Shown: positions 37,605 through 49,890, counted from the whole stretch's first letter. The stretch: DNA of 63,369 nt, filler included, from Octopus bimaculoides (GCF_001194135.2; 4 parts of 4 records of this genome joined end to end with filler, not necessarily neighbours in it), one strand, 5' to 3'. Notes: generated by a model from the sequence alone, not told the origin. Numbers and translations: made by a program.

Positions 37605-38205
37605 NNNNNNNNNNNNNNNNNNNNNNNNNNNNNNNNNNNNNNNNNNNNNNNNNNNNNNNNNNNNNNNNNNNNNNNNNNNNNNNNNNNNNNNNNNNNNNNN
37701 NNNNNNNNNNNNNNNNNNNNNNNNNNNNNNNNNNNNNNNNNNNNNNNNNNNNNNNNNNNNNNNNNNNNNNNNNNNNNNNNNNNNNNNNNNNNNNNNNNNN
37801 NNNNNNNNNNNNNNNNNNNNNNNNNNNNNNNNNNNNNNNNNNNNNNNNNNNNNNNNNNNNNNNNNNNNNNNNNNNNNNNNNNNNNNNNNNNNNNNNNNNN
37901 NNNNNNNNNNNNNNNNNNNNNNNNNNNNNNNNNNNNNNNNNNNNNNNNNNNNNNNNNNNNNNNNNNNNNNNNNNNNNNNNNNNNNNNNNNNNNNNNNNNN
38001 NNNNNNNNNNNNNNNNNNNNNNNNNNNNNNNNNNNNNNNNNNNNNNNNNNNNNNNNNNNNNNNNNNNNNNNNNNNNNNNNNNNNNNNNNNNNNNNNNNNN
38101 NNNNNNNNNNNNNNNNNNNNNNNNNNNNNNNNNNNNNNNNNNNNNNNNNNNNNNNNNNNNNNNNNNNNNNNNNNNNNNNNNNNNNNNNNNNNNNNNNNNN
38201 NNNNN

Positions 38206-38206
<1 letters not shown>

Positions 38207-38240
<34 letters not shown>

Positions 38241-40190
38241 GTTGTTGTTGTTGTTGTTGTTTTTTTTTTTGTTGTTGTTATTATTGCCTTTGCACAGCTT
38301 CTAACGCTGGAGATGTACTACAGTGTCAGTTGTTCACTACCAGTGAACTAAGGTAACACCTCTTATTTTTCGAGCACCTTCCGGAATATTCGAGCGGTTT
38401 CGAGCAATACTGTTTTCTGCAAGTGCTCCACCCTTATTGCAGCCCCTATTTGTTCTACGTACTTCTCGAGATTTTTTCTCACTGTTCCCAGGGCTCCGAC
38501 AATTATTGGTACTACTGCTACCTTTTTCCTCGACCACAACTGCTTAACTTACCAAGCTAACTTGTCATATCTCTCCACTTTTCTTTCTTCTTTATCACAT
38601 GCTATATCTATGATCCAGCATAGTTTGTTTTCTTTCTCAATTAAGACTATGTCCGGCTTCCTATTCTCCGTCTCATGGTCGCACTGAATCATAAAATCGC
38701 ATTTCTATTTTCGACGATGTCTTCAGGCTTGTGACCGTACGAATGCTTTGCTCTGTCAAGTCCATACTTGTTGCAAAGTGTCCAGTGGACAAGCCTGGCT
38801 ATATTGTCGTGGCGTCTCTTATATTCCTTCTGAGCTAGTGAGGCACATTGGCTGGTAGTGTGCCATATGGTTTCACCGTATTGTCCACAGATTCTGCACT
38901 TATCACTTTCTGCTATGTTGTCTATTCTGTATTTTATGTAGTTTGTTCTTAGTGCTTGCCCTTGGGCAGCACAGATTAGAGCCTCCATTTCCGGTTTTAA
39001 ATCACTTTTAGTCATCTACAGCCATCTTTTTTCTCTGTCTGTCTTATCTTCCACATCCCTATGAAATTGACCATGCATTCTTTTCTTTACCCACCTATTT
39101 TCAGTTTCATTCGTTTTCAATTTCATGTATTGTGCTTTATCTTTGCAATCTTTCATCCTACACATCTATTATTTTTTTCTTTTTCTTTGAGTTGAATTCA
39201 CCAACTGTTTCAGTCAGTTCTTGAGTTTCTGGCTGCCGATGGTAATTTTTCTTTGCTCTGCACAACAATTTTTCAGACCCAGTATAGTAGCATTAATAGC
39301 GTCCTTTCTTTGTAGGTAGAATCTATCGGTACTACTTTTAGGGTGGAGTGCCCTGTGCATAGTGAGCTTTCTAATACTTCTTTCGAAGTTCTGTAGCTCG
39401 GACATTGCCCATCATTTCAGAAAGGGAGCAGAGTATCTCAATATTAGCATAACCCATGTATTTAGGTCTTTGATGATGCTACCTTCATTTAATTTCGTTT
39501 CGAGCACCTTCCTAATTCTCCTCTTGTACTCTTCAATGATTTTCTATCTCATTTCTCTTTCCGTTATCTGATCGTCTTGCAACACACCTAGGTATTTGTA
39601 TCTCTCATTATTCCACAGTGATCTAATGATGTTGTCTTGAGGTAATTTTACACAAATAAACTTTATCTTCTAGCCTCTCTTCATAATTAGCACTGCGCAC
39701 GTATTTATCCCAAACGGCATTCCAGTACTGAATACTTGTATATTCTCACTGTTTGGATTAAAGAATCTAGGTCTTTCTCATTTGTGTATATATCATGAGA
39801 TTATCCATACAAAGTAGGTGATTTATTTCCATCTTCGTTTTGGTAAACTTATTGGTAGGAGCTTCTCAGTATACTTGTCAGAGTGATTAACGCAATAACA
39901 AAGAGCAACGGAGAAAACGAGTCTCGCTGGAAAATGCCCCTGTGTATCTTCCCCTTAGCAAGTGATTCATCTGTACGTGTGTTCTACTTCTCATACTCTC
40001 ATTGCTTTTTCCAAAAAGTTGTTTATTTTCTCATTGACTCCGAGAGTCCACAGACACTTTAAAAACCTGCTGCGTGGGACATTGTCGTAAGCTTTTCTGT
40101 AATCTATCCATCCAACAACTAAATTCTTCTTTACTTCCTCGTACCTCATACTATCTATATATATAGCAGAATAGCAGTTTCCTCTCATTT
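38207..40190 (-). mobile_element. R4/Dong non-LTR retrotransposon, 5'-truncated (family R4-a)
   Basis: DYRKAYDNVP, RGIFQRDSFSPLLF, HRALHPKS, CRICG..ETIWH...C...YKRRHD and RKPDIV (restriction-like endonuclease). The 3' end abuts (AAC)n(AAT)n. Confidence 0.92.
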
Positions 40191-40192
40191 CT

Positions 40193-40223
<31 letters not shown>

Positions 40224-40274
40224 CCATCATCATCACCACTATCATCGTCATCATCATCATCATTATTATTTATA

Positions 40275-40460
40275 AGTACGCCGGGTGAAATGCTTAGCGG
40301 TATTTCGTCTGCCGCTCAAATTCCGCTGAGGTCAACTTTGCCTTTCAGCCTTTCGGGGTCGATAAGTTAGGTACCAGTTGAGCACTGTGGTCGATGTGAT
40401 TGACTGTCCCTACCTCCCACAAAATCCAGGCCTTGTGCCTATAGTAGAACGGATCATTAT
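40275..40460 (+). mobile_element. SINE family B
   Basis: cgccgggtgaaatgcttagcggtatttcgtc...gccttgtgcctatagtagaacggatcattatt. Confidence 0.85.
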
Positions 40461-41329
40461 TATTATGAGTTTTTCTTTCAATTTTGTTTCCATTTCTTGC
40501 CAACTGTCTTCTCGACACCTAGGACAAAGAAACTCACTGTATACATTGATAGGCTATTAAAATAAATACACCCGTTTGTTCATTTACAAAGAAAAGTTAT
40601 GCGAAAAAACGCAAAAGGAAAACAGAAAGAAAAAAGGGAAAAATTATTATTAACTATTTTTTAAAATCTAATTCTGGTCTTGATGAATATGTACTTTGAT
40701 GGAGCCCGATTTAGGAGTCAAGGAGACAGTGCTCTAATCTAATTTGAGATTTGAATGATTGTGGGTCACTTGATCTGATGGTATAAAAACAGAGTCGAGG
40801 TCTGAAAATATCACCTGTACTCGATACCGGTTCTTTTGAAATGCCATTCTTCTGAACATATAGTATTTTTCTGTAATAATCCTTAAGAGCTAAAGAGTAT
40901 TGAAATAGAATTATTAAACTGATTTTGGTATTCTCTGAGAATTAAGTTCTGTCACAGGCATTCCTTGGTCTCTTTCGTCGTAAGAAATGCAATGAACCAG
41001 TAATTGGCTCGTTGAAATCCTGTAAACTAACCACACTGTTGATATAAAATAAACAACTAAACAACAATGAAAATAAAATAATTCAAATAAAATCAACTGT
41101 TTTGTCTGATTGTGGTTTTCACGAATATAAATACCTCATTTATTTTCATTAGAATATCGTTTTCGCTTTCTTTATTTTTTCTTCTTTTAGTTAGTGGAAA
41201 AGTGATCATAATCTTTGATTGAAGTCTCTCCGAGTTTAATGAAGTTGATGCAGTCGATATTCAGCTTGATTATTGGTAAGTTACCCGCAATAAAAAAAAT
41301 AATAATAACAATAAACACAAGCTAAGACA

Positions 41330-42300
41330 GAATTATACGTAATGAAATTGTGTGATGAAATTTCTCGACCCCAATGATGAGCATAGGAGGGAACCCATAG
41401 ACGGGAAATTTAGCTTTGATGTTTTCATGCCGGACATAGTCGAAAGGTTTGTTGGTATTAAAACCAGAAATCTTGCTCTTGCCGATGTTTCATTTTCTGA
41501 GAAGTTGGAAGTGAGGATGGGAGGCCGTAGATGAAAGGAATCGTTGAATTGGAGTAAATATAAGATTCCACACTTAGTAATTGTTGTTATGAGTAAAAAT
41601 GAATTTGGGGAGAAATTATGTTGCGCATAGAGAAGTTGGAAGCAAAACAGACTTTTTTAAAAATCAGTAACTGCTCGGTGAACTCTGAAATGGTGGAAGA
41701 TAACCTCTTGGCAATGGACTTGTTGCAGACTCTGTACTGCTATTATAAACGAACTATTTGGAAATCTTAGAGTTATGAGCTTTGTATCAGAGATATGGAG
41801 GGACACACCCAAGTTTAGATAGGCAGGTGTGCTGTTACAAATGAAATGGGGAAAAGCGCATGTATTGTTAGTACTAGTCACGCTGAGCTGTGAAACCTTG
41901 ACCGATTCGATGACTTCTACTACTAACGTATTCAAGGGTTGATTTGTATTGTGAATTAAGATTTTAAGTGTATTACCTTGATTAAGGAGTGGTTAGAGCA
42001 TCTGATGAGTAGATAAAAAGTGATGGAGGTGTAATAGCTGAGTTTGGAAGTGGGATACAAGTTCAGGATATTTCGAGAATGTGTGCGATAGAGATAGAGA
42101 AAGATGTGGATATTAACTAATGCACACAGTCCAGAATACCTAGCGGTTTCAACCTGGCACCAATAACGTAATTTGTTGAAGGAATACGAGACTCAAAACG
42201 GTTACGTGTATTGCAGTCATAGAATACAGCGACTTCATAGAGATGTGAATTGAGATGGCTGGGAACTGGGAAAATAATAGGGACGACAAATAAAGTTAGA
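41330..42300 (-). mobile_element. Degenerate CR1/Jockey-type LINE ORF2 (same type as 9510-10135)
   Basis: Ordered frameshifted motifs FPHFICNSTPA, GYLPPFQSSPSSY, LYAQHNFSP and NIGKSKISGFNTNKPFDYVRH...KFPVYGFPP, the last resembling FGES.V.ALDISKAFDRVWH...KL..YGF.P. Confidence 0.55.
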
Positions 42301-44623
42301 TGTACGGGGAAGCGAGACCGATATCCAGGTTAGTGAAGAAAGTTGAGGCTATCTTAGCACTGATGTTACGATACAGAAAGTAGTGGAGTATGGTCTGCAA
42401 TGATGAGTTGATAATAGAAAATAAATTGAGTGGTTTGAGTTTTCGTAGGAGGTAGGCGTTAGGTGTCGGTGTCCATGGATGTTGGTATTAGAGGGAGAAT
42501 AAATATCCCGTGGATAGATCCCTCTTGGTGTTTAACTGTTTCTATAATTTTATTATGGATTTTTTTTTCTGGTGAAGGAAGAGCGGGTTACTTGTGGGTT
42601 ACTACTAATCAATGCGTTGATTCTCCCAAATATCCCATCTGGAAGTCATTTGTAGCCGGTAGAGGTTTCCAAAATCTGCACTGTGGAAAAGACAACACCG
42701 GAATATGTGTGACTTATTATTTTATTCACTGATATGGGCTCGTTTTGTATGTAAGACCAGGTGCAGTCGCAATCAAGAAACTACCCGGATGCTTGCGTCA
42801 GTGAGGTGACTATTAAATAGTTTCAATTGTCAGAAAATGGTATCAAAATGGGAGGCGTGTTAAGCATACTCTCAGTAAAATTTCATGTTAAAACAAGCTA
42901 TGGAGGTAACCACGAAGTGTATAACACTGAAAAACAAATAAATTTCGAGATTCGATAGAAATTTCATAAATACTTCTATACTTTTAACTCTGAGACTGAC
43001 GTTTTAGTAAGATATATTTTATAAACTAATCTTTAACTTTATTTAAAAATAAAGTCAGAATTATGATTTCAGCAACAGATTTAGAAACATTTTAAACATT
43101 TTTCTCCTTTTAAATTATGGATATCTATTTACGTTTGAAAGAATCTATAATTTAAAAGATATTTAACAGAGAACATTGCTCTGGAGTATCTTATATAAAT
43201 GCTATACATCACATTGCCTCATATATTTAAGCCAGTAGTTTCAATCTGAAAGTAGTATTAGATAAAATTGATGTGTGTGTGCGTATCTGTTTTGGTTATT
43301 TTGATACTTCTATTTCAAGAAAGAGATACTTTATAATCCTTATCAAAATTTCACGATTTCTTTTTCAGAACCGCGCAGATGATAATATACACACAAACCA
43401 TACTTTCTTGATGTAAATCATTTGGAATCCTATGGTGATCCATATATTTTCATCTACTGAAACAAAACAAAACAAAACAAAACAAAACAAAACAAAACAA
43501 AACAAGCAATTTTCTCTCCTTTAGCTCTATGGAAACGTTCATTGGCTCTCAACAGAATATAGCATATAGCTAAAATTTGACTTGATTAAATCTGTTTAAT
43601 ATATATTACATAAGATAAAAATCAGTTGAATATATAAAATGGACGTGATATTTCTGGTTACATTAGCTTCATGTTCAATGAAATCTTTATAAGAAGTATT
43701 TTCTTGTTTTGCTCTAAAATATCGATTATATAACCATAATTGTTGGTGGTATGTTGGAAATTGTTAGAAATGTTTCCTAATTTGGATACATGATAGGTTT
43801 CATATCTAACAACATCGCGAATCTTGTAAAGTGCCTGATTAGAGAATTGTGTCTCCTTTGCTTATACATTATTATATTTTGCATTATTTTGCAGTTAATT
43901 TAGCAAAGCCACTACCACGAAAATTCAACTCAGTCGTAATGCACCATTTTTACATATGTAAGGGCCCCTTTAAAATTTTCTGTTTATCAAGTCTTTTCTT
44001 AAAGTGGTTATGCGTTCGATATTATAAGGAAAATATGCAGAAAGAGTCACTAGGAATTCATGTCAATATATGGATGTANNNNNNNNNNNNNNNNNNNNNN
44101 NNNNNNNNNNNNNNNNNNNNNNNNNNNNNNNNNNNNNNNNNNNNNNNNNNNNNNNNNNNNNNNNNNNNNNNNNNNNNNNNNNNNNNNNNNNNNNNNNNNN
44201 NNNNNNNNNNNNNNNNNNNNNNNNNNNNNNNNNNNNNNNNNNNNNNNNNNNNNNNNNNNNNNNNNNNNNNNNNNNNNNNNNNNNNNNNNNNNNNNNNNNN
44301 NNNNNNNNNNNNNNNNNNNNNNNNNNNNNNNNNNNNNNNNNNNNNNNNNNNNNNNNNNNNNNNNNNNNNNNNNNNNNNNNNNNNNNNNNNNNNNNNNNNN
44401 NNNNNNNNNNNNNNNNNNNNNNNNNNNNNNNNNNNNNNNNNNNNNNNNNNNNNNNNNNNNNNNNNNNNNNNNNNNNNNNNNNNNNNNNNNNNNNNNNNNN
44501 NNNNNNNNNNNNNNNNNNNNNNNNNNNNNNNNNNNNNNNNNNNNNNNNNNNNNNNNNNNNNNNNNNNNNNNNNNNNNNNNNNNNNNNNNNNNNNNNNNNN
44601 NNNNNNNNNNNNNNNNNNNNNNG

Positions 44624-44771
44624 GTGTAAATAACAAAAGGATATATTAGTATGACGCTCGGGAATGCGGAAAGTCTTTGACGTTTCGAGCTACGCTCTTC
44701 AACAGAAAGAATACGGAGACAAGGAGAAAAACACGGAGAAAAAAAATTGAATAGTGTTCAGTCAACGGTCA

Positions 44772-44775
<4 letters not shown>
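44624..44775 (-). mobile_element. PLE-like terminal repeat family H1, youngest copy
   Basis: Near-identical to 25520-25680 in reverse; flanked by (TA)n. Confidence 0.75.
44674..44710 (-). ncRNA. Minimal type-I hammerhead ribozyme-like motif, core variant CUGUUGA
   Basis: UCUUU-CUGUUGA-A-GAGC(GUA)GCUC-GAAA-C-GUC-AAAGA: 5-bp stem I, 4-bp stem II, palindromic ACGU stem III, GUC cleavage triplet. Confidence 0.6.
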
Positions 44776-44820
<45 letters not shown>

Positions 44821-44829
44821 GGATATATA

Positions 44830-45190
44830 TATAAATTAGTGTACATTTATACACAAAGAGACAAGCCATTAACAGGTTACCTAGCATACTAGAAAGAACA
44901 GTCAAAAAGTCCAAACCACAGTCAAGAGCAATTTCGAAGGGAATGAAAAGTAAAGACATTTACCATGTTTTACAGCCGGACCTCAGGTTTGGAACTTTAG
45001 TTAGCAAAATTTGCAAGGCAAAGTTCTCATCAGCGGATAAGCCAAAATATTAATATATAAATTAGAGACCAAATAACATGTGTCTCATCCTTATATATTA
45101 TGTTTCAAATCCACTGCGCAACCGCAGTTTCAATCGACAGCAAATAAAAAATTCCGATTAAACTTCAAAAATTGCTAAAATCATTTCTTA
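44830..45190 (-). mobile_element. PLE-like terminal repeat family H2
   Basis: Contains a hammerhead-like motif, then a U-rich tail ending at (TA)n. Confidence 0.5.
44976..45036 (-). ncRNA. Type-I hammerhead ribozyme-like motif with extended stem II (G12 position is C)
   Basis: CCG-CUGAUGA-GAACUUU[21 nt]AAAGUUC-CAAA-CCUGAG-GUC-CGG: 7-bp stem II, quasi-palindromic ACCU-G-AGGU stem III, GUC triplet, CCG/CGG stem I. Confidence 0.65.
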
Positions 45191-45289
45191 TGTANNNNNN
45201 NNNNTATATAAATGTATGTATATACATATATATATATATATACGTATGTATGTGTGTGGGGGGGGGGCGTTTAGAAGGTCGCTTGTTAT

Positions 45290-46310
45290 GGCCAATCAGA
45301 GTGACCATTCATTTAGCACCCATAAAGCACTTAGCTGAACAAGTTACCCGTCAGATACATTTGGCCGGAGGCACATAACCTCTCTACAACTAGAGGGCGG
45401 AAAACATCATTGTCAGTTGATTTTGTAAACAAAATATTCCGGAACGAAACTTTACTGGCAAAATCTTGGGCGAGGCGGAGTTAGCCCCCTTAGATCAGTT
45501 CCACTCGTGTCCACGACAAGCCTGCCGAAGATGGCTGAAGGTGACAGCAATTCCCTAGGCGGCAAATGGGGAATTCCATGTTTCGAACACGAATTTCGTT
45601 CGATGAAGGCACTGACTAAACATCTCATTTTTGGAGTTTAAAAAGGTCCCTGGACCAAGTGAGCTTTTCAGGAGTTTTACTCTTTCGTCCAAGCAAGGTT
45701 TACATCGTTTTCTCCCGTTGAGGTATGGCCCCGGTTGTTCTAGTGACCTCCATTTAATTATGCATGGTGTACCCTCCTCTTTTAAATGCCACACATAGCT
45801 GACCAAGGGCGTAATGTTGCATCTCTTTGGTAATCTAAAGGAGGACCTCTGATTGTTTGGACGATGTTTGTTAAGACGATGATTGTTAAGACGCTTGTTA
45901 AGGGATGTCTGTAAGTCTGACATATTTCCAGCTCTTTTGCTGGTGGTGCTACAACTGTTGTTGCTGTCATCATCACTGCCGCTGTGACTGCCGGACCCGT
46001 TGCTGGTGTTTCTCCATGTATCACTGCCGCTGCTACTTTTATTGCTGGACGTGATGCTAGAGCTGCTGTTGCTTTTGCTGCCACCGCTGCCGCCGTTGCA
46101 ATTATAGTTTCTGTTGTCGTTATTGGCGGGAGCAGTGTGGTGCCGTCGCTACTGTTGCTACCAACGCTGCTTCTACTGTCGCCAATGCCGGTCACCACCT
46201 CAGCCTCATGCACTACACCTTTGGAGTCGCATCGACCTCCCACTAGGCACTCGAGGGTGTGGTGTTTCGATCATAAGCTCCCTAAAGCTCTCAACATTAA
46301 GTTTTCAATA
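45290..46310 (-). mobile_element. Penelope-like element 3' part: GIY-YIG endonuclease relic + 3' UTR
   Basis: ECLVGGRCDSKGVVHEAEV...KYV(G>R)LTD..KRLNNHR..SSFR...T.LVSYVWHLKE...KW...RCKPCLDER...LNSKNEMFSQCLHRTKF*, with the stop at 45555-45557. Confidence 0.85.
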
Positions 46311-46569
46311 TCAAATTTAAAAGAATCTAAATGAAGTTATATAAATTACAATTTCAATTTTTAAAAATTGGCAATGTTATACTGGAAGCTGAAATTAATA
46401 ACATGCGTCGGTATTAATTAAACTAATGTTGATTTTAATGAGTTTTATATTCATGGAATTTGGGTATATAAAGGCACCTCTCATTAAATTCTCTCTCCCT
46501 CTCTTTTCCATCTCTTTTCCCACCTCCCTCTCTTTCTCTCTCTCTTTATGCATGTATATATGTATGTAT

Positions 46570-49500
46570 ATCATTATTCAGTTTTATCTCAAGATTTCTT
46601 GCCAATAGAGAAAGAGCTGGTTTCTAACCTCGATCCAAGACTCCTTCAGCAACAGAGTATTTTTGTATGTATGTATATGTCCAGATTTGAATGTTTTGTT
46701 TTATGCATGTCTTCTTGTGCATATACTTGCATATCTAGACATGCTCATACATACTTAAATGATAAACTTCTGGAAAGTTTTACAGATATTTACAGTTCCA
46801 GTGATGACTTGGATCTGTAGTCTTTAAATCAGCTTTCTCCTTTCTAGTTTTGAGAAGCCTAATTTCTCAAGATTGGTGTTTAAGCAGTGTGTTACATATC
46901 CCAATGCCCCAATAATAAGATATAAAGCTGAACTTGTAATCTGGATAGAGTAACTCCAGACTTCTGAATAGTTCAGCGTAGGTGTTCTCTTTTTCACTAA
47001 TCTTCAGCTTTATGTTAATATCCGCTGGGCAGCTGATTTCCACAACTGTATACAATTTCTCTTCTCTGTCCCAAATCATTATATCAGGACTATTGTGTTT
47101 ACACTTTATTGAAGTTTTCACTGGGACATTCTACCAGTGCTCCGTTTTATTATGAGTGGCTATGGATTCCACCATACTGTGGCTTCTTATTTCTTTGTCC
47201 TCAGGGTTACATCATTTTTCATCAGTAGATAATACCGTGATGACATTTTCGGACAACTGCTTATGATATGGGTGATATCTTCGGTGTTAACTCCACAAAG
47301 TCTGCATCGGTTGTCTCATTTTACTGCTTTTCCTGCGTCTCTATCCTTTTGTGCATCTGGTATTTGGTTGATATTTCCTGTTCCTGCATTGTAAACGCAT
47401 ACCCTCAAAGTGGGAGGTAGTTATCCGGTGGTTGGTCCATGATAGACTGCTTTGATGATCAATGTTACTATCATCTCTGAGCTTTCTACTAACATATCTA
47501 TGCATAGTCTTCTGCTGATATACGCTCATCCTTTCATCTGATGATACGTAAAGTCGTGCGACTTCTTTGAGCATATATTTAAGGTTATCAGACAAAGAAT
47601 GCTGCTCAAGGAGCTGCCTGCTAAGTCTTATGATGTTATCAGCCTCATGTATGCAAACTTGGTCAAGGGATGCACTGCGACACTTTGTGGATAAAAGATA
47701 TTGCCGAAGGGATATGATACGACATTCAAAGGCATTTTGGATCGATGTCAAGCCTCTACTTCTTTGTTTTCGTTTTAGGTATAGGCGGCCTACGTCACTG
47801 TTGATGTGGAAATTATATGTACTTGTTAGTATCGTCTGGGTTTTCACATCAATGGCTCGGATCTCATCAAGCGTCCTATCAAGTAGCTCAAATATTGGCA
47901 TGAGTACTGACATTGCAAACACATTGAGGGCCACTGTTTTATTGAATGCAGAGAGTTCCGAGGTCCAAATTATTTTTATTCGGCTGTAATATTCTTTAGT
48001 GACACGTGTTTTGTTACAGGTGCCTTTGTAAGATAANNNNNNNNNNNNNNNNNNNNNNNNNNNNNNNNNNNNNNNNNNNNNNNNNNNNNNNNNNNNNNNN
48101 NNNNNNNNNNNNNNNNNNNNNNNNNNNNNNNNNNNNNNNNNATTTTTATTCGGCTGTAATATTCTTTAGTGACACGTGTTTTGTTACAGGTGCCTTTGTA
48201 AGATAAGTTTTCATTCACCCGTAGATACCTGTAACATTCCTCATCAGATATAAGAGAAACAGTCAAATCATTGATGTAGATATTGCTAGTCTGATTTAGT
48301 TTTCCCTCTTTTCACAACCATATAACATTTATCCTGACCAAACTCCAACCCTATATCCTTTGAGAATGTAACCAGGTCAAGGCTCTTTTTCATCTCATGC
48401 ATATTCTTTGCATAATGTTTCAAGTCATCCACAAAAAAACTGTGTAATTTTGGTATTTTTGTTTCCTTGTGAACCAGTGAGATATCCATCAGACTTCCTT
48501 AATATGAATAACAAGGGGTTTACAGAAAGTATAAACAACATCACAGAGAGGCTGTCCCCCTGGAATATGCTTCTGCGATACTGTATTCTATCAGTGATAA
48601 TACAGTAACTCCTTGTGTTTAATTTCAAGATGGTGGCTCGCGATGAAGTCAGGTCAGCTATGGCTTTGACTATGCTCACTGGAACTTTAGCAAATTGAAG
48701 GGTTTTTAGCATCCATGAGTGGGGAACAGAGTCAAAGTCATTCTTGTAGTCTAGCCACATTGAAACGAGGTTCCTTCTATGCCCCCGCACCTCTGACATT
48801 ACAGTTTTGTTGATTAACAATTGCTCCCCACATCCCCAGACTATCTTCTTCCCAACTGCTTGTTCTGCTGTGATTATGTGATTGCTTTCACAATGGTCTT
48901 GGAGGAAGAGCTTTAAACATGCTGTTTATCTCTGTTTGTCTCATCCAGAGGTAACCAGATTGGTATGCTGCCGTTCCCACTGAGAGCTTGTTGGTACAGG
49001 TTGATAAGATACAGTCGGTAGAGGGTGATCTTCTTGTACCAATATCCAACAATCAAGTCTCTTCTTGGTGTTTTTCCATCCTGAAGTTTCTGGATCACAG
49101 TTACAAGGGTATCACCATCAATGCTGTATGTTTTGGGTGCAATGCAGGTGCAATAACTTCGAATTTCTTCCAGCCACAGAGCATCTTGCTAGAACTCATC
49201 TTCACTCCAGTTTTTCCTCCAGAAGGAATCTATCTCTTCTCGTGAAGGAGCTTCTGTGATGTTCATTGCTTCTCCACTCATATCTCTGTATACTGCTGCT
49301 TGCTTCCGGTTAATTTTTTTGTTTATTGCTCTTCTCTCGGTTATTTTCTTCTGATGTCAGAGTTTCTCATTGATAGCTTTTGGCTCTGCTTGAGGGTAAT
49401 CAGTTTGCAAGTGAGTGTCCTCTTTTTGCTATCTCCAAGCATCACTTCTATCTCCTTCTTCACTTTCTGTTGGTAAGACGTATAGTGATTTGTTTGTTTG

Positions 49501-49760
49501 CATGCAATATGCACCATCACATGGTTGATGGTCTTCCGTAAATGAGCTATCTTTTTCTCTGTCTTCAAAACCCATGATGGCATTTTCTTTGTGGTTTCAG
49601 TTTTATTTACTTTTTGAATGTCGTTCATGTACTGCTTTGCAGTAGTAGACAGAGCATATAGACAGGCGTTAATCTGCCAGAATGTGGGTTCATTACACTT
49701 ATAAATACTCCTTTTCAATTTTGCTAGCAGCTTTTAATACCCGTATCTGGTGATTTTTAA
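46570..49760 (-). mobile_element. R4/Dong non-LTR retrotransposon, near full-length relic (family R4-b)
   Basis: WQINACLY; DYKNDFDSVPH; RRSIFQGDSLSVMLF; FFVDDLK; FGQDKC; DVGRLYLKR; PDIMIWD..VEISCP; LQIQVITGT. Many frameshifts. The 5' side abuts (CTA)n at 49829-49905. Confidence 0.92.
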
Positions 49761-49829
49761 CTTACTTTGGTAGAGAATACTCTCTCGGAAAATTTCAGTA
49801 AGAGCACATTTCACCAATATATAATCCTG

Positions 49830-49890
<61 letters not shown>

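Noticed and set aside
45782-46334. Ala/Thr/Val-rich ORFs on both strands as host proteins
   Set aside because: They are alternative frames of the triplet-rich insert within the PLE endonuclease relic.
47972-48206. 65-bp direct repeat (47972-48036 / 48142-48206)
   Set aside because: Identical copies flank an N gap; this is an unmerged contig overlap.
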